A DNA stretch of 64,000 nt from Octopus vulgaris (taxonomy: Eukaryota): contig OX597819.1 in NCBI GenBank assembly GCA_951406725.2, forward strand, positions 96,224,001-96,288,000, written 5' to 3'. Positions within the stretch are counted from its first letter, which is position 1. The number at the start of each line of letters is the position of its first letter. The position numbers were made by a program, and so were the translations under genes. The notes under the pieces are model-generated. The model was not told the origin of the DNA. It did no database searches and saw nothing but the letters and a program-made list of their open reading frames with translations. Shown here in pieces: positions 1 to 14,044 of this stretch.

Positions 1-1065
1 GTCTGTCTACCTCTCCCACCTCTCTCTCTCTCCCTCCCTGTCTCAGGTGGTGGGTCAGCCTTGAAATGTCAGATTGCTCATCTCCCTTCGACGAACCATC
101 TTCTTTAAACTCAATAACTTCAGTCTGTTCTAACACACGAGTCCCGATATTATTATATTGATACAATATCTCCCTATTTGCGTACGTATGTACTCGTATC
201 ATCCGTAAGTATAAATTTAATATACTTTTACAATTATATAATGATACAATCTATGATCGTTGTCAAATTCCATTGCTAGGAAATTTCATTTGAAGTTACC
301 AAGAAAGTAATATATTCTTAAATATAAACTCACTGCAACTTTGTAGGAATCGGGTAAAAGTTTTGAAACCAATCCTAAGATCTGATTCGTACTTATTTTT
401 AACAATAAGATTAGAACATCTACAGGACTTGACGTCACAATGCAAGGGGATGCAACTAAATGCTATGATATTGTACCGTGGTTTTTCTGACAGCCACGTC
501 TCACACACATGTAAATTCATGATATTTAGTAACATTAACTTTAGTATGTTACTGGTACTATTTATTGATACTGGAAGATGAAAGTCGAAGAGAAAGATTT
601 TATGAGACATGAAGCTAATGACTTTTGAGTACGTTACACTTGTAACCATCTTGATCATCCGTCCAACTAGACCATAGTTGCAACAAATGAAATCGATATT
701 ACATCGATTTACTTTAAATTTATGTCGATTACTTTTGAAAATTTATGTAACTTGAAGCTCTATATATGCAGCAGATATTTCGTCAATGATATTTAATGAC
801 CAATTATATAATTAACTTGTTCTTATTTCACCATTTTCAAAAGAGTCTTCATCTAACAATCGAACTTCCATTCTGAAATACGTAAACCCAAGGGAACTGT
901 CGTTTATTGCCCTGGTATTGTATATAGATGGCGATATTCAAGCAGTGGAAAGCTGTAACAACAATTCAAACGTGTCATAATAAATCTAATGACTATATAA
1001 TCAAATCAGAGCTACACACCTTGTATAAATAGAAACATGACAATTATCAGAGAGATCCTCTACAT

Positions 1066-1539
1066 TAGTGGTTCTTAACTTTGGCAGTAGTGATTCTTGG
1101 GGTAGGGATGAGCTCGCAAGGTAACAAGAAATATGAAAAGGAAGTGCTGAATGTTTAGGAAGTGTCATGATTTTTCATAGAAATAAAATATTTTAAACTA
1201 ATAACGATTCTGGTATTTTAAAGACATTTTTAGGATTAAAAGTTTAGTTGAACATCATAATATTAGTGAGTAGAAATAGTACTGATGATGTATCAAGGTC
1301 CAATATAATTTTGTTGAATAAGCTCTCATCTTTAGTAATCTCTATAAAAATTTTGCATCGGAGACAGTAGTCCATACAGATACCTAAAGTAAATTACATG
1401 CCGGATGGAAATACAGATAATGACACACATTACAAACTTAGCTTCCGTTTAATTTAAATAATTTTATTTTTTGCAAAACTTGGAGGGATGGCGTCTGTAA
1501 ATCATCATTAGGTGACAGGGGGCGCGCTGAGAATCATTG
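1066..1539. mobile_element. old hAT-like MITE (degenerate)
   Basis: Ends TAGTGGTTCTTAAC / GCTGAGAATCATTG resemble CAGTGGTTCTCAAC-type hAT TIRs (9/14 self-complementary); flanks CTCTACAT / GTCAAGAT could be a decayed 8-bp TSD. Confidence 0.35.
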
Positions 1540-1749
1540 GTCAAGATATATAAAATTGCAAAGAAAACCTATGTATAAGTATCCTTCCCTTGATTACAGA
1601 TCTGCTTGATCAAGCTTCACACAGAACTAGGTAATAACATGAGTATATAAAAATAAAAAAAACACAACAGAAGCAGAACGACCAAAAGTAAGTGTAATAT
1701 ATGCATACAGCAGTTCTCGAAAAATGAAGTTCACATTCCACTTAATATA

Positions 1750-2863
1750 TTCGGTTGGCAACTAAGTTCCTGCTGTTTTTTTTAAATTTTGGAATTTATT
1801 GCGTTTTTAAATTTTGAAATCTATTTTTTTTTCGAGAATTCTATTTTTATATCATTTTGGAATCTATTTTGTTTTTTTTTTCTAGTTAATTTTAGTTAAT
1901 TTTTGTTTATTTTCAGATCATTAAAATGGAATGTCAAGTTAAGAAAAACGAGCATTTTCGACATCTCCTTCTTTTTGCTTTTAATCAAGGTTCTAAGGCC
2001 GCAAAAGCTGCTCGCGATATTAGTGCTGTGTATGGAGAGGATGCCATAGCTGAAAGAACCGCTCGTGATTGGTATGCCAAGTTCAAAAATGGAAATTTTG
2101 ACCTCAAAGACGCACCTCGTTCTGGCCATCCAGTTGAGTTCGATGAAGAGCGATTAAACCAACTTTTGCACGGAAATTCTCGTCAAACGACAAGGGAACT
2201 GGCAGAGAAAATGGAATGCTCTCATACTGCTTTAGAGAAGCATCTTCACTCGATGGGAAAGGTTTAGAAGTGTGAAGCATGGGTTCCGCATGCTTTAAGT
2301 GACAACAACAAAAATCAACGAGCCACAATCTCTGCTGGTTTGCTTGCTCATTACTGTTCAACTCATAGACACAAGCAACGATTTCTTTACCGAATCGTTG
2401 TTGGCGTCGAAAAATGGTGCCCGTACATCAATATGAAGCAGCGTAAGGAATGGCTTAGCCCCGATAAACAAGCGACACCGCGCGTAAACCGATGTTGTGC
2501 GTATGGTGGGACTAGGAAAGGATTATCCATTACGAATTGCATGAACGGAACCAAACTGTGAACGCGGAACTCTATGTTCAACAGATGGAACGACTCAACA
2601 CGGCTATTCAAGATAAAAGACCTAATCGGCAGCATGGAGTTCTGCTACACGACAACGCCCGCCCTCATATCGCCAATATGACCAAGGAAGCCATTCAAAC
2701 GCATGGCTGGGAAGTGTTGCCACTCCCACCGTACTCTCCTGATTTGGCACCAACGGATTTCCACCTCTTTCGATCTCTTTCAAATGTTATGCGCAGAGTT
2801 TCGTTCAATATTGATGCAGAATTCAGAGGTTGGTTGGATCAAGTTTTCGAGCCGAAATTTTGA
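1750..2863 (+). mobile_element. mariner DNA transposon, 3'-truncated (mellifera-subfamily-like)
   Basis: TA followed by a TIR-like TTCGGTTGGCAACTAAGT at 1750; transposase follows at 1926; no matching 3' TIR, and the end runs into a SINE at about 2862. Confidence 0.85.
1926..2863 (+). pseudogene. mariner DD34D transposase pseudogene
   Basis: N-terminal HTH with PRSGHP; WVPHAL after an in-frame TAG at 2265-2267; RIVVGVEKW (first catalytic D changed to V); frameshifted MLCVWWD; LHDNARPH and YSPDLAPTD with 34 residues between the last two Asp. Confidence 0.93.
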
Positions 2864-3062
2864 CACAAAGCCAACAGCTTTGAGGGGAGTTGGTTAGTCT
2901 ATACCACATGAACCCCATTACTTAACTGGTATTTTATTGACCCCGAAAGGATGAAAAGCAACATTTACTTCAGTGGGATTTGAACACAGAACATTAAGAG
3001 CCGAAACAAGTACAGCAAAGCATTTTTCTCGACGAGTTAACAACTCTGCCCGCACAACGCCT
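2862..3062 (-). mobile_element. tRNA-derived SINE family S1 (diverged copy)
   Basis: Contains the reverse complement of the S1 central motif (TTGACCCCGAAAGGATGAAAAGCAA) shared with the intact copy at 49608. Confidence 0.7.
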
Positions 3063-3085
3063 ACCACTTCGTGTGTGTGAGTGTG

Positions 3086-3129
<44 letters not shown>

Positions 3130-3545
3130 CAACCTGAATCAAATTACGCCAGGAGATGAAATCACGTTAAGGTAGAATGAAATTGATTCTACCACCAGGT
3201 CTATTGTTATTCATTCAATTTTTCTCACTCCATCCAGCTTATGAATTTTTCCTTTGTTCAATTTCCAATCTTACTATTATTGTTCTATAAAACTGAATTT
3301 TGAATACATGTTCAGGCCTCAGCATTCCCTTTACTGGTATTTTCATAAAGTTGATGCAGTGGAACCGTGTAAATGACCATGTCACAGTTGATGCGACGAA
3401 AATTTTGACTCCAGGTAATTCATCCAACTAACTTATAGGCAGAAGGCCTGAAATTGTGAGAAATGGGGGTTAGCCAATTACTTCGATCCAAGTGTTCAGT
3501 AAGTATTTATTTTATCGATCCCAAAAGGACAAAAGGTAAAGTCAA

Positions 3546-3644
<99 letters not shown>

Positions 3645-3645
3645 A

Positions 3646-3810
3646 CGACAGGCTTCTTTCAGTTTCCGTCTACCGAATCCACTCACGAGACTTTGGTCGG
3701 CCCGAGGCTATAGTGGAAGATGATTGCCCAAGTTGCCATGCAGTGGGACTGAACCCGGAACCATGTGGTTGGTAAGCAAGCTAATTACCACACAGCCGCT
3801 CCTCCGCCTA
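3646..3810 (-). mobile_element. tRNA-derived SINE family S2, 5' head
   Basis: Minus strand reads GGCTGTGTGGTAA (A box), GGTTCAGTCCC (B box), then CTTGGGCAA (CORE-like), ending in (TA)n/(TG)n. Similar heads at about 8385, 13790, 20467, 21530, 36140 and 52255. Confidence 0.85.
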
Positions 3811-4369
3811 TGCTTCTATATGATTCGGGAAGGGTCTTAACTCCTTAATAATAAATGCTAAAGTGAAGTAAACAGTCTTTATGTATTTGTGACTGACTAA
3901 TACGGGCCTTCCACGCCGTAGTTATTTCAAATAAAATCTTCGAAATTCTTCAATATGTGATGAACATTGCATCCGTATTTTCTTAAGCTATCCTGTCGAT
4001 GGTCGGAAACAAGTCAGTAATAGTTTCTAGCTCTGAAAAGAAAACTGATTTTAGGCTGCAGTTTTTCGTACGTTCAAACTTCCAAAGCCATAGCTTTTAG
4101 AAACTATTTTTCTTATTCTCCATAAGTAACCTCCAGCCAACTATTTTCTTGTCGAGATTCGGCAGCACAGCTTTGTAAGTGTTTATTTAATGTATTGTTG
4201 ATCGATTCGCTTCAAGTATTCCGGTCACTTATTTCAATGACCCCGGGGAGTTGAAACAAAGTTAACTTCAATAGCATTTGAACTCACAAATGTAATACAC
4301 CGAAACAAGACACAAACAATAAACTATTTCTCTACTACTGCTTGGCACTGTTCCCCACCACCCCGCCAT

Positions 4370-4398
4370 TTACTACTACTACTACCACCACCACCACC

Positions 4399-4455
<57 letters not shown>

Positions 4456-4525
4456 GCTACTGCTGCTGTCGCCACCGCCACCACCACCACCACCACCACT
4501 ACTACTGCTGCTGCTGCTGCTGCTG

Positions 4526-4592
<67 letters not shown>

Positions 4593-4602
4593 TACTACTA
4601 CT
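4370..4602. repeat. compound trinucleotide microsatellite (ACT/ACC/GCT)n
   Basis: Directly visible; explains the poly-T/S/V ORFs. Confidence 0.97.
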
Positions 4603-4709
4603 AAATGATGCGTATGTTTGTACGCTGGTGTGTCGATGGCGGGTAAAAATAAGGAATATGCGGATAGTGGTGCAAATGAAAGTGTGCATAATTGAGTCTG
4701 TTTACCCTC

Positions 4710-4743
<34 letters not shown>

Positions 4744-7049
4744 TCATGCATGTATGCAGCAATACGTGAGTAGAGAGAGATAGAGAAAGAAAGAAAAATA
4801 GAGAGATAGAGAGATTGGTAAAGAGAGGGAGCGGAGAGAGATTTTTTGTGTATTGGTGGTTTCAGTAAAATAGAATATATATATATAAAGATGTTTAAGT
4901 CTGTTAGTGTGGCTAGCTATTGTGCTGCTGTGCTGACACACTGTTGTAACGGGGTGCTGTAGCAGGTGAGAGAAGGAGAGATGGAGAGGGAGAGTAAGGT
5001 TAAACGAGGTAAGGATGTGAGGGAGTAGGGGGCACGGAAGATGGTGTAGGGGTTAGATAAAGATTGAAAAGGATGGAGAGAGAGAGACACACACAGAGGA
5101 AAGAATAGGGTGAAAGGTCAAAGCAGAAGAATATGTACGGGGTGGATAAAGATTGAAGGAGATGGTGGGAGGTAGAGAGGAAAGAATAAGGTGAAAGGTT
5201 AACGAGAGTGAGTAAGAGAGACATTGTAGGGGAAGAAGATGAGATTGGAAGGAAAGGTTTGTAAGAAAGGGAGGAAGGTATGAAAACGTAAGGGAGAAAG
5301 GGGTGGGAGAGAGGAGAGAGAAAGAGAGTGAGGGAGAGCGGGGGATAGTGAGTGATAGTGAGATGGTGGAGTAAGAGGTAGAATATAATGACGATGGAGA
5401 GGAGAATAATGGCAATGTTAAGCAGAAAGTGGCCAGAGAAGTGTGACTGATCTGGAGACATCAAAGGTTGTGTATGATCTTTAAACTGATGGTCAAACAT
5501 CAATATAGTAACCAATAAAATGTGGACAGAAGAAATATCGAGATAAAATGAAGCAGTAGGAGAAGGGAGCGAGAGAGAAAGAGGGGAGGGAGGGCGAGAG
5601 AGAGAAAGGTGTGGGGTAGAGAAAGGCGAAAAGATTTGTGGAAAAGGGAGTGAATGAGAAGTTTTAACGTATATGACGTAGATAGATTATTCAAAGATTT
5701 CCTTAGCTCAAAGAAGAAACTAAACGAGGAACGCAACTGAAGCATTCCGAAAACAAAAGCAACCAAAAAAAACAAAAAAGAAAAACAAAAAATCTCATGC
5801 AGCATGTGAAAACTGCTAACCCCCGCCACCACCACCCAAGGTAATACCCCTTTCTCTATGCCAGGGATTTGCAGTAAACGGGTATTGTTTAAACCAGTGA
5901 GATAAATCAGACATTTCGAAGTTAAGAATTATCATAAACTACGAAAAGTTGGCATTTTCTATCTTGGATCTTTCCCCATTCTTTTCACTGCTTGTTTCTT
6001 CTTAGCCATATTTCGTCTCGCTGTTAGCGGGAATACGTTCGCATTTATAGCTTTCTCACTATTAAATCAATAACACTGTATCGATATTATAAAGCTAATA
6101 TTATGTCCTCTCAGGTTATTCTTTAGTGATAGATAGTGTTTTCAGCTATTCACTCTGACATCATGTGATGTATTTCGAGATGCAGATACCATTTATCTGT
6201 ATCAGTCTATGGAAATCCACTATAGAAAAGGATTTTACTGTAATCTTCACAAATCTAAAATATATTTTATTTCCTCTTTATTCACCAGTTTATGTATGTA
6301 TGTTTATAAGTATACATGCGAATTATCTATATGTATGGTTATATGCGTTTATCTTATGTAGGTATATTTGTATGCTTGCATGTGTGCATATATTTTACGT
6401 ATTTATCCAACCCCGATGATAAATGTTCTTTGATTTTCATAAGAAACCTTTATGGAGATTTGTCTTTTAATATTTTCAGATAGTGTATTAATGAAACGAA
6501 AACAAATACTTTGAAGTTGGATAAAAAAGAAAAAAACCTTTATGGATTTAGATTGTGTGACAGAAAATATGGTGTCCATCTTTGAGAATTTTCAATTTGA
6601 ATTGGAAGACAGTAAAGCATTATCTTTACTTGAAAGTTATAAAATCTGTCGTTTTCCTGAGTTGAGATATATTTTCAGATTTTCAGAGGTATATTTTCAG
6701 AAATTGGTGAAGATATTCACAAGTACTATGGCTGTGCGAATTGCATTTGGGACAAATATCTTTCTTTGGAATTTCTTTTCTGAATTCAGTAGCACATGTG
6801 AGCCAACTAATAGAGCATTCCTGAAAATGCATTGCGACATGGTAAAAATTCTCTTCAGTTTTAGACGCAAATGTGGGAAAGCTAGATATATGAGGATGGT
6901 CTTCGCATCAGATTTACAGCCGGTAGGTGTCCTTCATACAACAATGTCATTTGGACGTTGTTGGTATTGTTTAACTCTAAGTAAGTCCCGATGGAGTAGA
7001 CTTATGATAAAAGCCATTCCATTCGAGATTATCCTACTCTTCTTTTTTT

Positions 7050-7499
7050 GGATCTTTTCATTTGTGAAGCCAGTTTTTTCAAATTTTTCCTACTGAACCA
7101 AACAATTTGAAACTTCGTATACTGGTAGAATGTGTCAAAAGTAAACTTAATTGTAAACCAGAATGAAAACGGAATTGTAACTTCTAAGTTTAACATTGTT
7201 TAATAATTAGAATTTTAACCAATGGTCTTTCGGCTTCATATTATTTACTCCGTCTCGACCACCAATTTGGTGACGTAGTAAACATATGGTATGTAAACAA
7301 ATGTAAACAAAACAATAACGATGAAATTTTTTACTCGGTGTATGTGTATATGTATGAATGTATGTATGTATGAATGTATGTATGTATGAATGTATGTATC
7401 TATGTATGTGTGAATGTAAACAAAACAATAACGATGAAATTTTTTACTCGGTGTATGTGTATATGTATGAATGTATGTATGTATGTGTGTATGTATCTA

Positions 7500-7556
<57 letters not shown>

Positions 7557-8127
7557 ATGGCCGATTCAGTGTTTAGTTTTTTCGAGTGAATACTCGGTGT
7601 ATGTGTATCTGTATGTATGTGTGTGTGTGTATGTATCTATGTATGTATGTGTGTGTATGTATGTGTGTGTGTGTGTGTATGTATCTATGTATGTATGTGT
7701 GTGTATGTATGTGTGTGTGTGTGTGTATCTATGTGTGTGTGTGTGTGTGTCACACATGTATGTATGGCCGATTCAGTGTTTAGTTTTTTCGAGTGAATAC
7801 TCGGTGTATGTGTATCTGTATGTATGTGTGTGTGTGTGTATGTATCTATGTATGTTAGCCTCAAATGTGCACAGTTGCCTACGTCACAAAACTGCTTTCT
7901 ACGTCACACTAACAGAATGCAGTAACGTATTAAATATGAAAACAAGCAATCTCATTGGTTAAAATTCGCAGTTTTAATCTACGATTAAAGTCATAAAATA
8001 GATTTTTCTCAAATAAACTAGTTCCAACCTGTGTCTTGTTTTAAAACACTGTACCAGCATACGAAGTTTCAAATTATTTAGTTAAGTAGAAAGATCTGGG
8101 CTCCTGGCCACACAATTGAAAAGATCC
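7050..8127. mobile_element. non-autonomous DNA transposon with long imperfect TIRs and 8-bp TSD
   Basis: Ends GGATCTTTTCA / TGAAAAGATCC; complementarity continues inward (TTTGAAACTTCGTATACTGGTA vs TACCAGCATACGAAGTTTCAAA; AATTTTAACCAATG vs CATTGGTTAAAATT); flanked by CTTTTTTT at 7042-7049 and 8128-8135. Confidence 0.8.
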
Positions 8128-8346
8128 CTTTTTTTTACTAGCGACTACAAGCATGGCTATATGTCAAGTTCAAATAATAGTTATCAACTTCAGTAATCTT
8201 CCTCAGTCTCCATTTAAATACACCTTTTTACCGTGAAATTAAAGAACAAAATTCTGTTGTGTCTGGGGAGAGTCATTTTCTTTTTGTGCCTTATAATGTA
8301 ACACACACACCGGTAAGATTTCCACTTATTTCTTATTTTTATTTTC

Positions 8347-8383
8347 CTAAAATTTTCGTTGCGTCTTGCAACCTTTTCAATAG
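8347..8383 (-). ncRNA. minimal type I hammerhead ribozyme candidate, U3-A8 variant
   Basis: Minus strand CTA-TTGAAAA-G-GTTGC-AAGAC-GCAAC-GAAA-AT-TT-TAG: helix I CTA/TAG, perfect 5-bp helix II, palindromic AATT helix III. Confidence 0.55.
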
Positions 8384-8930
8384 TCTCGAGGCTTTGGTAG
8401 AAGACACATGCCGAAGGTGCCACGCAGTGGGACTGAACCCGGAACGATGTGGTTGGGAAGCACTCTTTTTACCACACAACCACGCCTGCGCTCCCCCACC
8501 CCACCCTTACACATACACATACATGCATACAAACATACATAATACACACACACACACACTCACATAAAATTGCTGTTTGTTATATAGATAAAACAAATGC
8601 AAAATATCAACTGAATATCGTCATTAAGTCATTAAGGTAAGTAATGCGTATTCATTTTCGTTGATAAAATGTAGCAATTTCTCTTCAAACTGTACTCAAC
8701 AGTATAGTTTGAATGCATGAATTTTACCGGCCAATAATATATCAGACCGATTAAGTAAGAGAATTGCATTGATACAGAAATCTGTTCTATTCGGAACAGC
8801 AAAGATTGTTTGAAAAGTCCACCATATCTAGAGAAACTAGTTGTGGTCTGGTATCAAGGACATTGATTCCAAAAGTAACACATTTGTACATAACTTTAAC
8901 AACAAAAGCAACAACAACAATAATAAATGT

Positions 8931-9245
8931 GACAAGAACAGGACGTAAAAGCAATACAAATAAAAATACAAATAAAATTACAAATACGTCCTGTTCTTGT
9001 CTTTACCCCTCTGCAAAGGAATTTTATTTAATTCTTTTGCAGGAAGGATTGGTTCGACGGGATCGTGTTCTGTACTTACCTTCGAAACACGCATTGAGTC
9101 GAACCAGGGACAGCTGATGAAGGGGAATATTCCTTGTATTGTTTGTCTTGTACTCTGTTTTTCGTTGTTAAAAAAAGTCCGTTTGCTAGTTGTTTTTATG
9201 TTTTCGTTTCTCGTTGAGTTCCACGTTTATTTGTGGTGTCCTGTA

Positions 9246-9250
<5 letters not shown>
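8931..9250 (+). mobile_element. structured repeat, probable PLE pseudo-LTR remnant
   Basis: Perfect 17-bp inverted repeat at the 5' side, further internal hairpins, T-rich 3' part ending in (TA)n. Confidence 0.4.
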
Positions 9251-9316
<66 letters not shown>

Positions 9317-9378
9317 ATATACATGTAGATGTAGGTACGTACATATATGTATGTATGTATGCATATATTTTATTTATT

Positions 9379-9424
<46 letters not shown>

Positions 9425-9686
9425 CGTGTGTATTTTCCCCTTGTTAACAATTAACACGGAAAAAATAGATAAATAGTTACCAGGGTAAGCAAAAAATACA
9501 CAGGTAAAGATGTTGTAACTCCTTGTTTTTAATGGCACGTACACACATACACACAAACATATACACACGTGTCTTTTATCCTTTACCCTTCATCCCTTGT
9601 TTCAGTCGTGAGACTGCAGCCATGTATGTATATAAATATACATGTATATAATATAATGTGTGTATGTACGTGTGCATGTGTTGTGT

Positions 9687-9942
9687 GGAGGTACGTGGCT
9701 TAATGGCTAGAGTGTTGCACTCATGATCATAAGATTATTGTTTCGATTCCGAACCGGGCTATGCGTTGTGTTCTTGAACAAAACATTTTATTTCACGTCA
9801 TTCCAATCTTCTCAGCTGGCAAAAATGAGCATTCCTGCAACGGACCGGCGTCTTGTCCAGGGAGTGGAGAATATATACGCTACAGAATACGAGAAACCTG
9901 CCTAGAAATCTGCTTATGAGCCTCTGGCTCGGGAAGAAGCTT
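9687..9942 (+). mobile_element. tRNA-derived CORE-type SINE (head B + tail Y)
   Basis: GTGGCTTAATGG A box, TTTCGATTCC B box, TCTTGAACAAAACATTTTATTTCACG CORE-like domain, then tail GCAACGGACCGGCGTCTTGTCCAGG. Confidence 0.8.
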
Positions 9943-10036
9943 TGATGTTTTTTTTTTTCTGTGCACGTGTTTGTATATAAAATGAGTGAAGCAAAGAAAG
10001 GGACAGAGCGAAAGAGAGAGAGACAGAGAGAGAGAG

Positions 10037-10067
<31 letters not shown>

Positions 10068-10307
10068 GAAAGAGAGAGAGAGAGAAAGAGAGAGAAGGGA
10101 GAGAGAGAAAGAGACAGACAGAAAAAAGACAGAGAAATTGTGAGACAGAATAATAAAAAGACAACCGAGTAGAATAGACGCGTAATTTTGTCTGACTGCA
10201 GATTAACTTGATATTGAACTACCGTTCACTATTTGATTCAGTCTTCAATTATGGTATCTCTTAAACCATGTTGTAGCTCTCTCCATCGCCTTCTCTCTCT
10301 TCCTCAC

Positions 10308-10482
<175 letters not shown>

Positions 10483-10932
10483 ATGTCTTCATCGTCTCCT
10501 CTCCCCTCGTTCTTCGCTAGTCAAATATGTGTTTTCTATTTGTCTGTCTTCCATCCTCTTAGCACAAGCAAGCTCATCGTAACAGACCAGTAATATAACT
10601 TTTATAATTGCTATGCCTCATTCATGCTGGCATCAAATAGATTTCATTGATTTCCTGCAGACGTCACTCTTTGATGACTTCTTTCTCCCGGAACGATCAA
10701 CTGAAGCGTGATGTTACAAGACTGCACAGTTCGCTTAATAGCCGCCTCACACATAGCCTCATGCAGTTTCACATCACTGTATATCACGATATGGATGTGT
10801 TAGGGTTAATGTAATATTTTATGAAATTCCTAACTATATAATTTTGGACTGTATCAGTAGATAAAATGTTATATACGTCGCGTGTGCGTGTGGGTGTATG
10901 TATGTATGTATGTATGTATGTATGTATGTATG

Positions 10933-10963
<31 letters not shown>

Positions 10964-11388
10964 GTATGAATTTATGTACATATGCATGTAAGGTGTGTTT
11001 GTGTGTATTCATGTATCTATGAGTGTACGTATGTGAGTTTGTATGTCGGTATCAATGTATATATTTATCTCTGTATGTATATATATATATAGATATAGGT
11101 GTGTATGCATTTATGTATGTGTATGAATATGTCTGTATGCATATTTGTGTATAGCTATACTAAGTATGTATATATATATATTTACTTGTATGTACTTATG
11201 TTGATATAAATTTTTGTGTGTAAGCATGTGTACATAGAACATATATACACCTATATATTTACACATAATTGTATATATGCAGGCTTGTTCACACACATAC
11301 ACACACATAATATATTAAATTTTCTATTGGTCTCAGCTATTTGGCTTTGGGCATTCCAGAGCACTGTATATATTTGTATGTATGTATG

Positions 11389-11421
<33 letters not shown>

Positions 11422-11875
11422 GTACAAACACACACATACACATATATACATGCATACATTCATACACATACATACATAATACATACTTATATACACGCAA
11501 ACACACATATGAATATCGTTATTTGCATGCGCATATGTATATGCAAATGTCTATGTATATCTGCATACAAATATGCACATCATATATGTGCGTGACATGC
11601 CTTTATTCGTCTCTGTTATCCGTATTTACACTACAGGACACTATAACTTATTTCTCTAATTTCATATTTATTTATTAATCCATATGTATTTAATAATGCA
11701 AATAATCTTCGCAATTAATTTGCTCTTTTCTTCTTTGCATGTATCAGTAACCCGTCTGCTGGCTTCATGGTGGGATAACTGCTGTGTTGATGACGCCTAT
11801 TGAGGTAGAAACACAAGGAATTTATTTGTTGTTTTCTCGAAGGGATGATAACTTCAACAAATCAACAGCATTGCA

Positions 11876-12478
<603 letters not shown>

Positions 12479-13143
12479 TCCAGATAGATTTTGTGTTGTA
12501 TTATTTTCAGGTGTTATTTCCAAAATGTGTATGTGTGCGTGTGCGTGTGCGTGTGTGTGTGAGTGTGAGTATGTGTGTGTGTGCTGAATATATTTGCATT
12601 TAAAGGATTTCTCGGCAAGTCCTATATATCACCGTGCCATTGTGGTCATTAGTCGAACCCTTCGAGCGGTAAACAACTTTTTTGAAAGCTCTTACCGTTT
12701 AAAGGACATTCACTTCTGTTAAGACAATTGTACTTAGGTGAGAATTCAAATATGGTGGAAGAATTAATTTCTTCCTATCAATTCTAGGTAATGGGAAGAC
12801 AAGCTTAGCCGTGTAGCTGTAACTTACTTTCTATTTAAAATTTTGTGCAACTTATGGCTACAGTGTTTACTGAGATGTATTTCTGCAAATAGGAGACAGC
12901 ATTTCTTTCAAACATCTTATGTTAAATACAGAACTATGTTCAAGTTTGATTTTTCGCATTAAAATTTGTAAGATTTCCTAATTAGACCTTTGTGTTTGAT
13001 TTGTTTTAGAACAAGAATACCACTTAATCTTTTTGTCTTAACCGTAAAGACTTTTACTATCGTATTTTCAACAATAAACCTTTGTAATGTAGTTTGCAGT
13101 TTTGAGAATAATTCTAAAACCGATAGAATTATTGACACCAGTT

Positions 13144-13202
<59 letters not shown>

Positions 13203-13421
13203 TCTTTTATCTTTTATGTGTTTCAGTCATGATATTGCGGTCATGCTGGGACACTGCCTTGAATTTTTAGTCGAATGAATCGACCCCAGTACTACTTTTT
13301 AAAGTCTGGTACTTATTCTATCGATTCTTTTACCAAACCGCTAAGTTACGTAACACACACCGATACCGGTTGTCAAACGATGATGGGGGACAAACAAAGA
13401 CACACATACACTGATATATGT

Positions 13422-13510
<89 letters not shown>

Positions 13511-14044
13511 AAACAAGGAGAGAAAACATGTGTGTAGTGGCTACCTATACCCATCATTGATCGGGTCAATATTTTTACTCTTTGTCGGGAGCCACATTCA
13601 ATGTCTTATTATATATATAGATTTACTTCTCCTGTATGTGTGTATTTTATAAGAAAAAAAACGTAATAATTGAAGTAGAAAAAAGTTCAATTTCAAACAT
13701 GAACTTCTGTTTGTTTATTATAGGACAATAATAAGTGAGTTGTATGTGTTATTTTATATATCAATACAGCAATGCCAATTATATAACACAAGGCTTTGGT
13801 CGGCACGGAGCTATAATGAAACGGAATTGCCCGACCTGCCTTACAGTGGGACTGAACCCAAGGCGACATGGTTGGAAAGCAAGCTTCTCAACCACACAGC
13901 CACACCTATAAAGGAGAGATAAATTTTGGATAATATACTCCTTGATACAATATGCTTAACAAAAAGATGGAATGTTTACTGCGAGAAAACCTTTGATTTT
14001 AATATTTACTCGCGCAACGCAACAGCTAAGGACACTACACCATG

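Noticed and set aside
4900-4970. Possible exon ending in CAG|GTGAGA
   Set aside because: A lone splice-donor-like motif with no linked coding frame; cannot be supported without transcript data.
5000-5835. Hydrophobic L/S/P/F-rich ORFs on the minus strand
   Set aside because: By-product of a purine-rich low-complexity tract; no domain motifs.
6542-7096. 184-aa ORF
   Set aside because: No recognisable motif, and its 3' end runs into the TIR of the 7050 transposon; likely a chance ORF.
9080-9125. Type II hammerhead reading of GAAAC...GTC...CTGATGA
   Set aside because: Helix I cannot form (G opposite G) and helix III has a mismatch; kept only as a structured-repeat finding.
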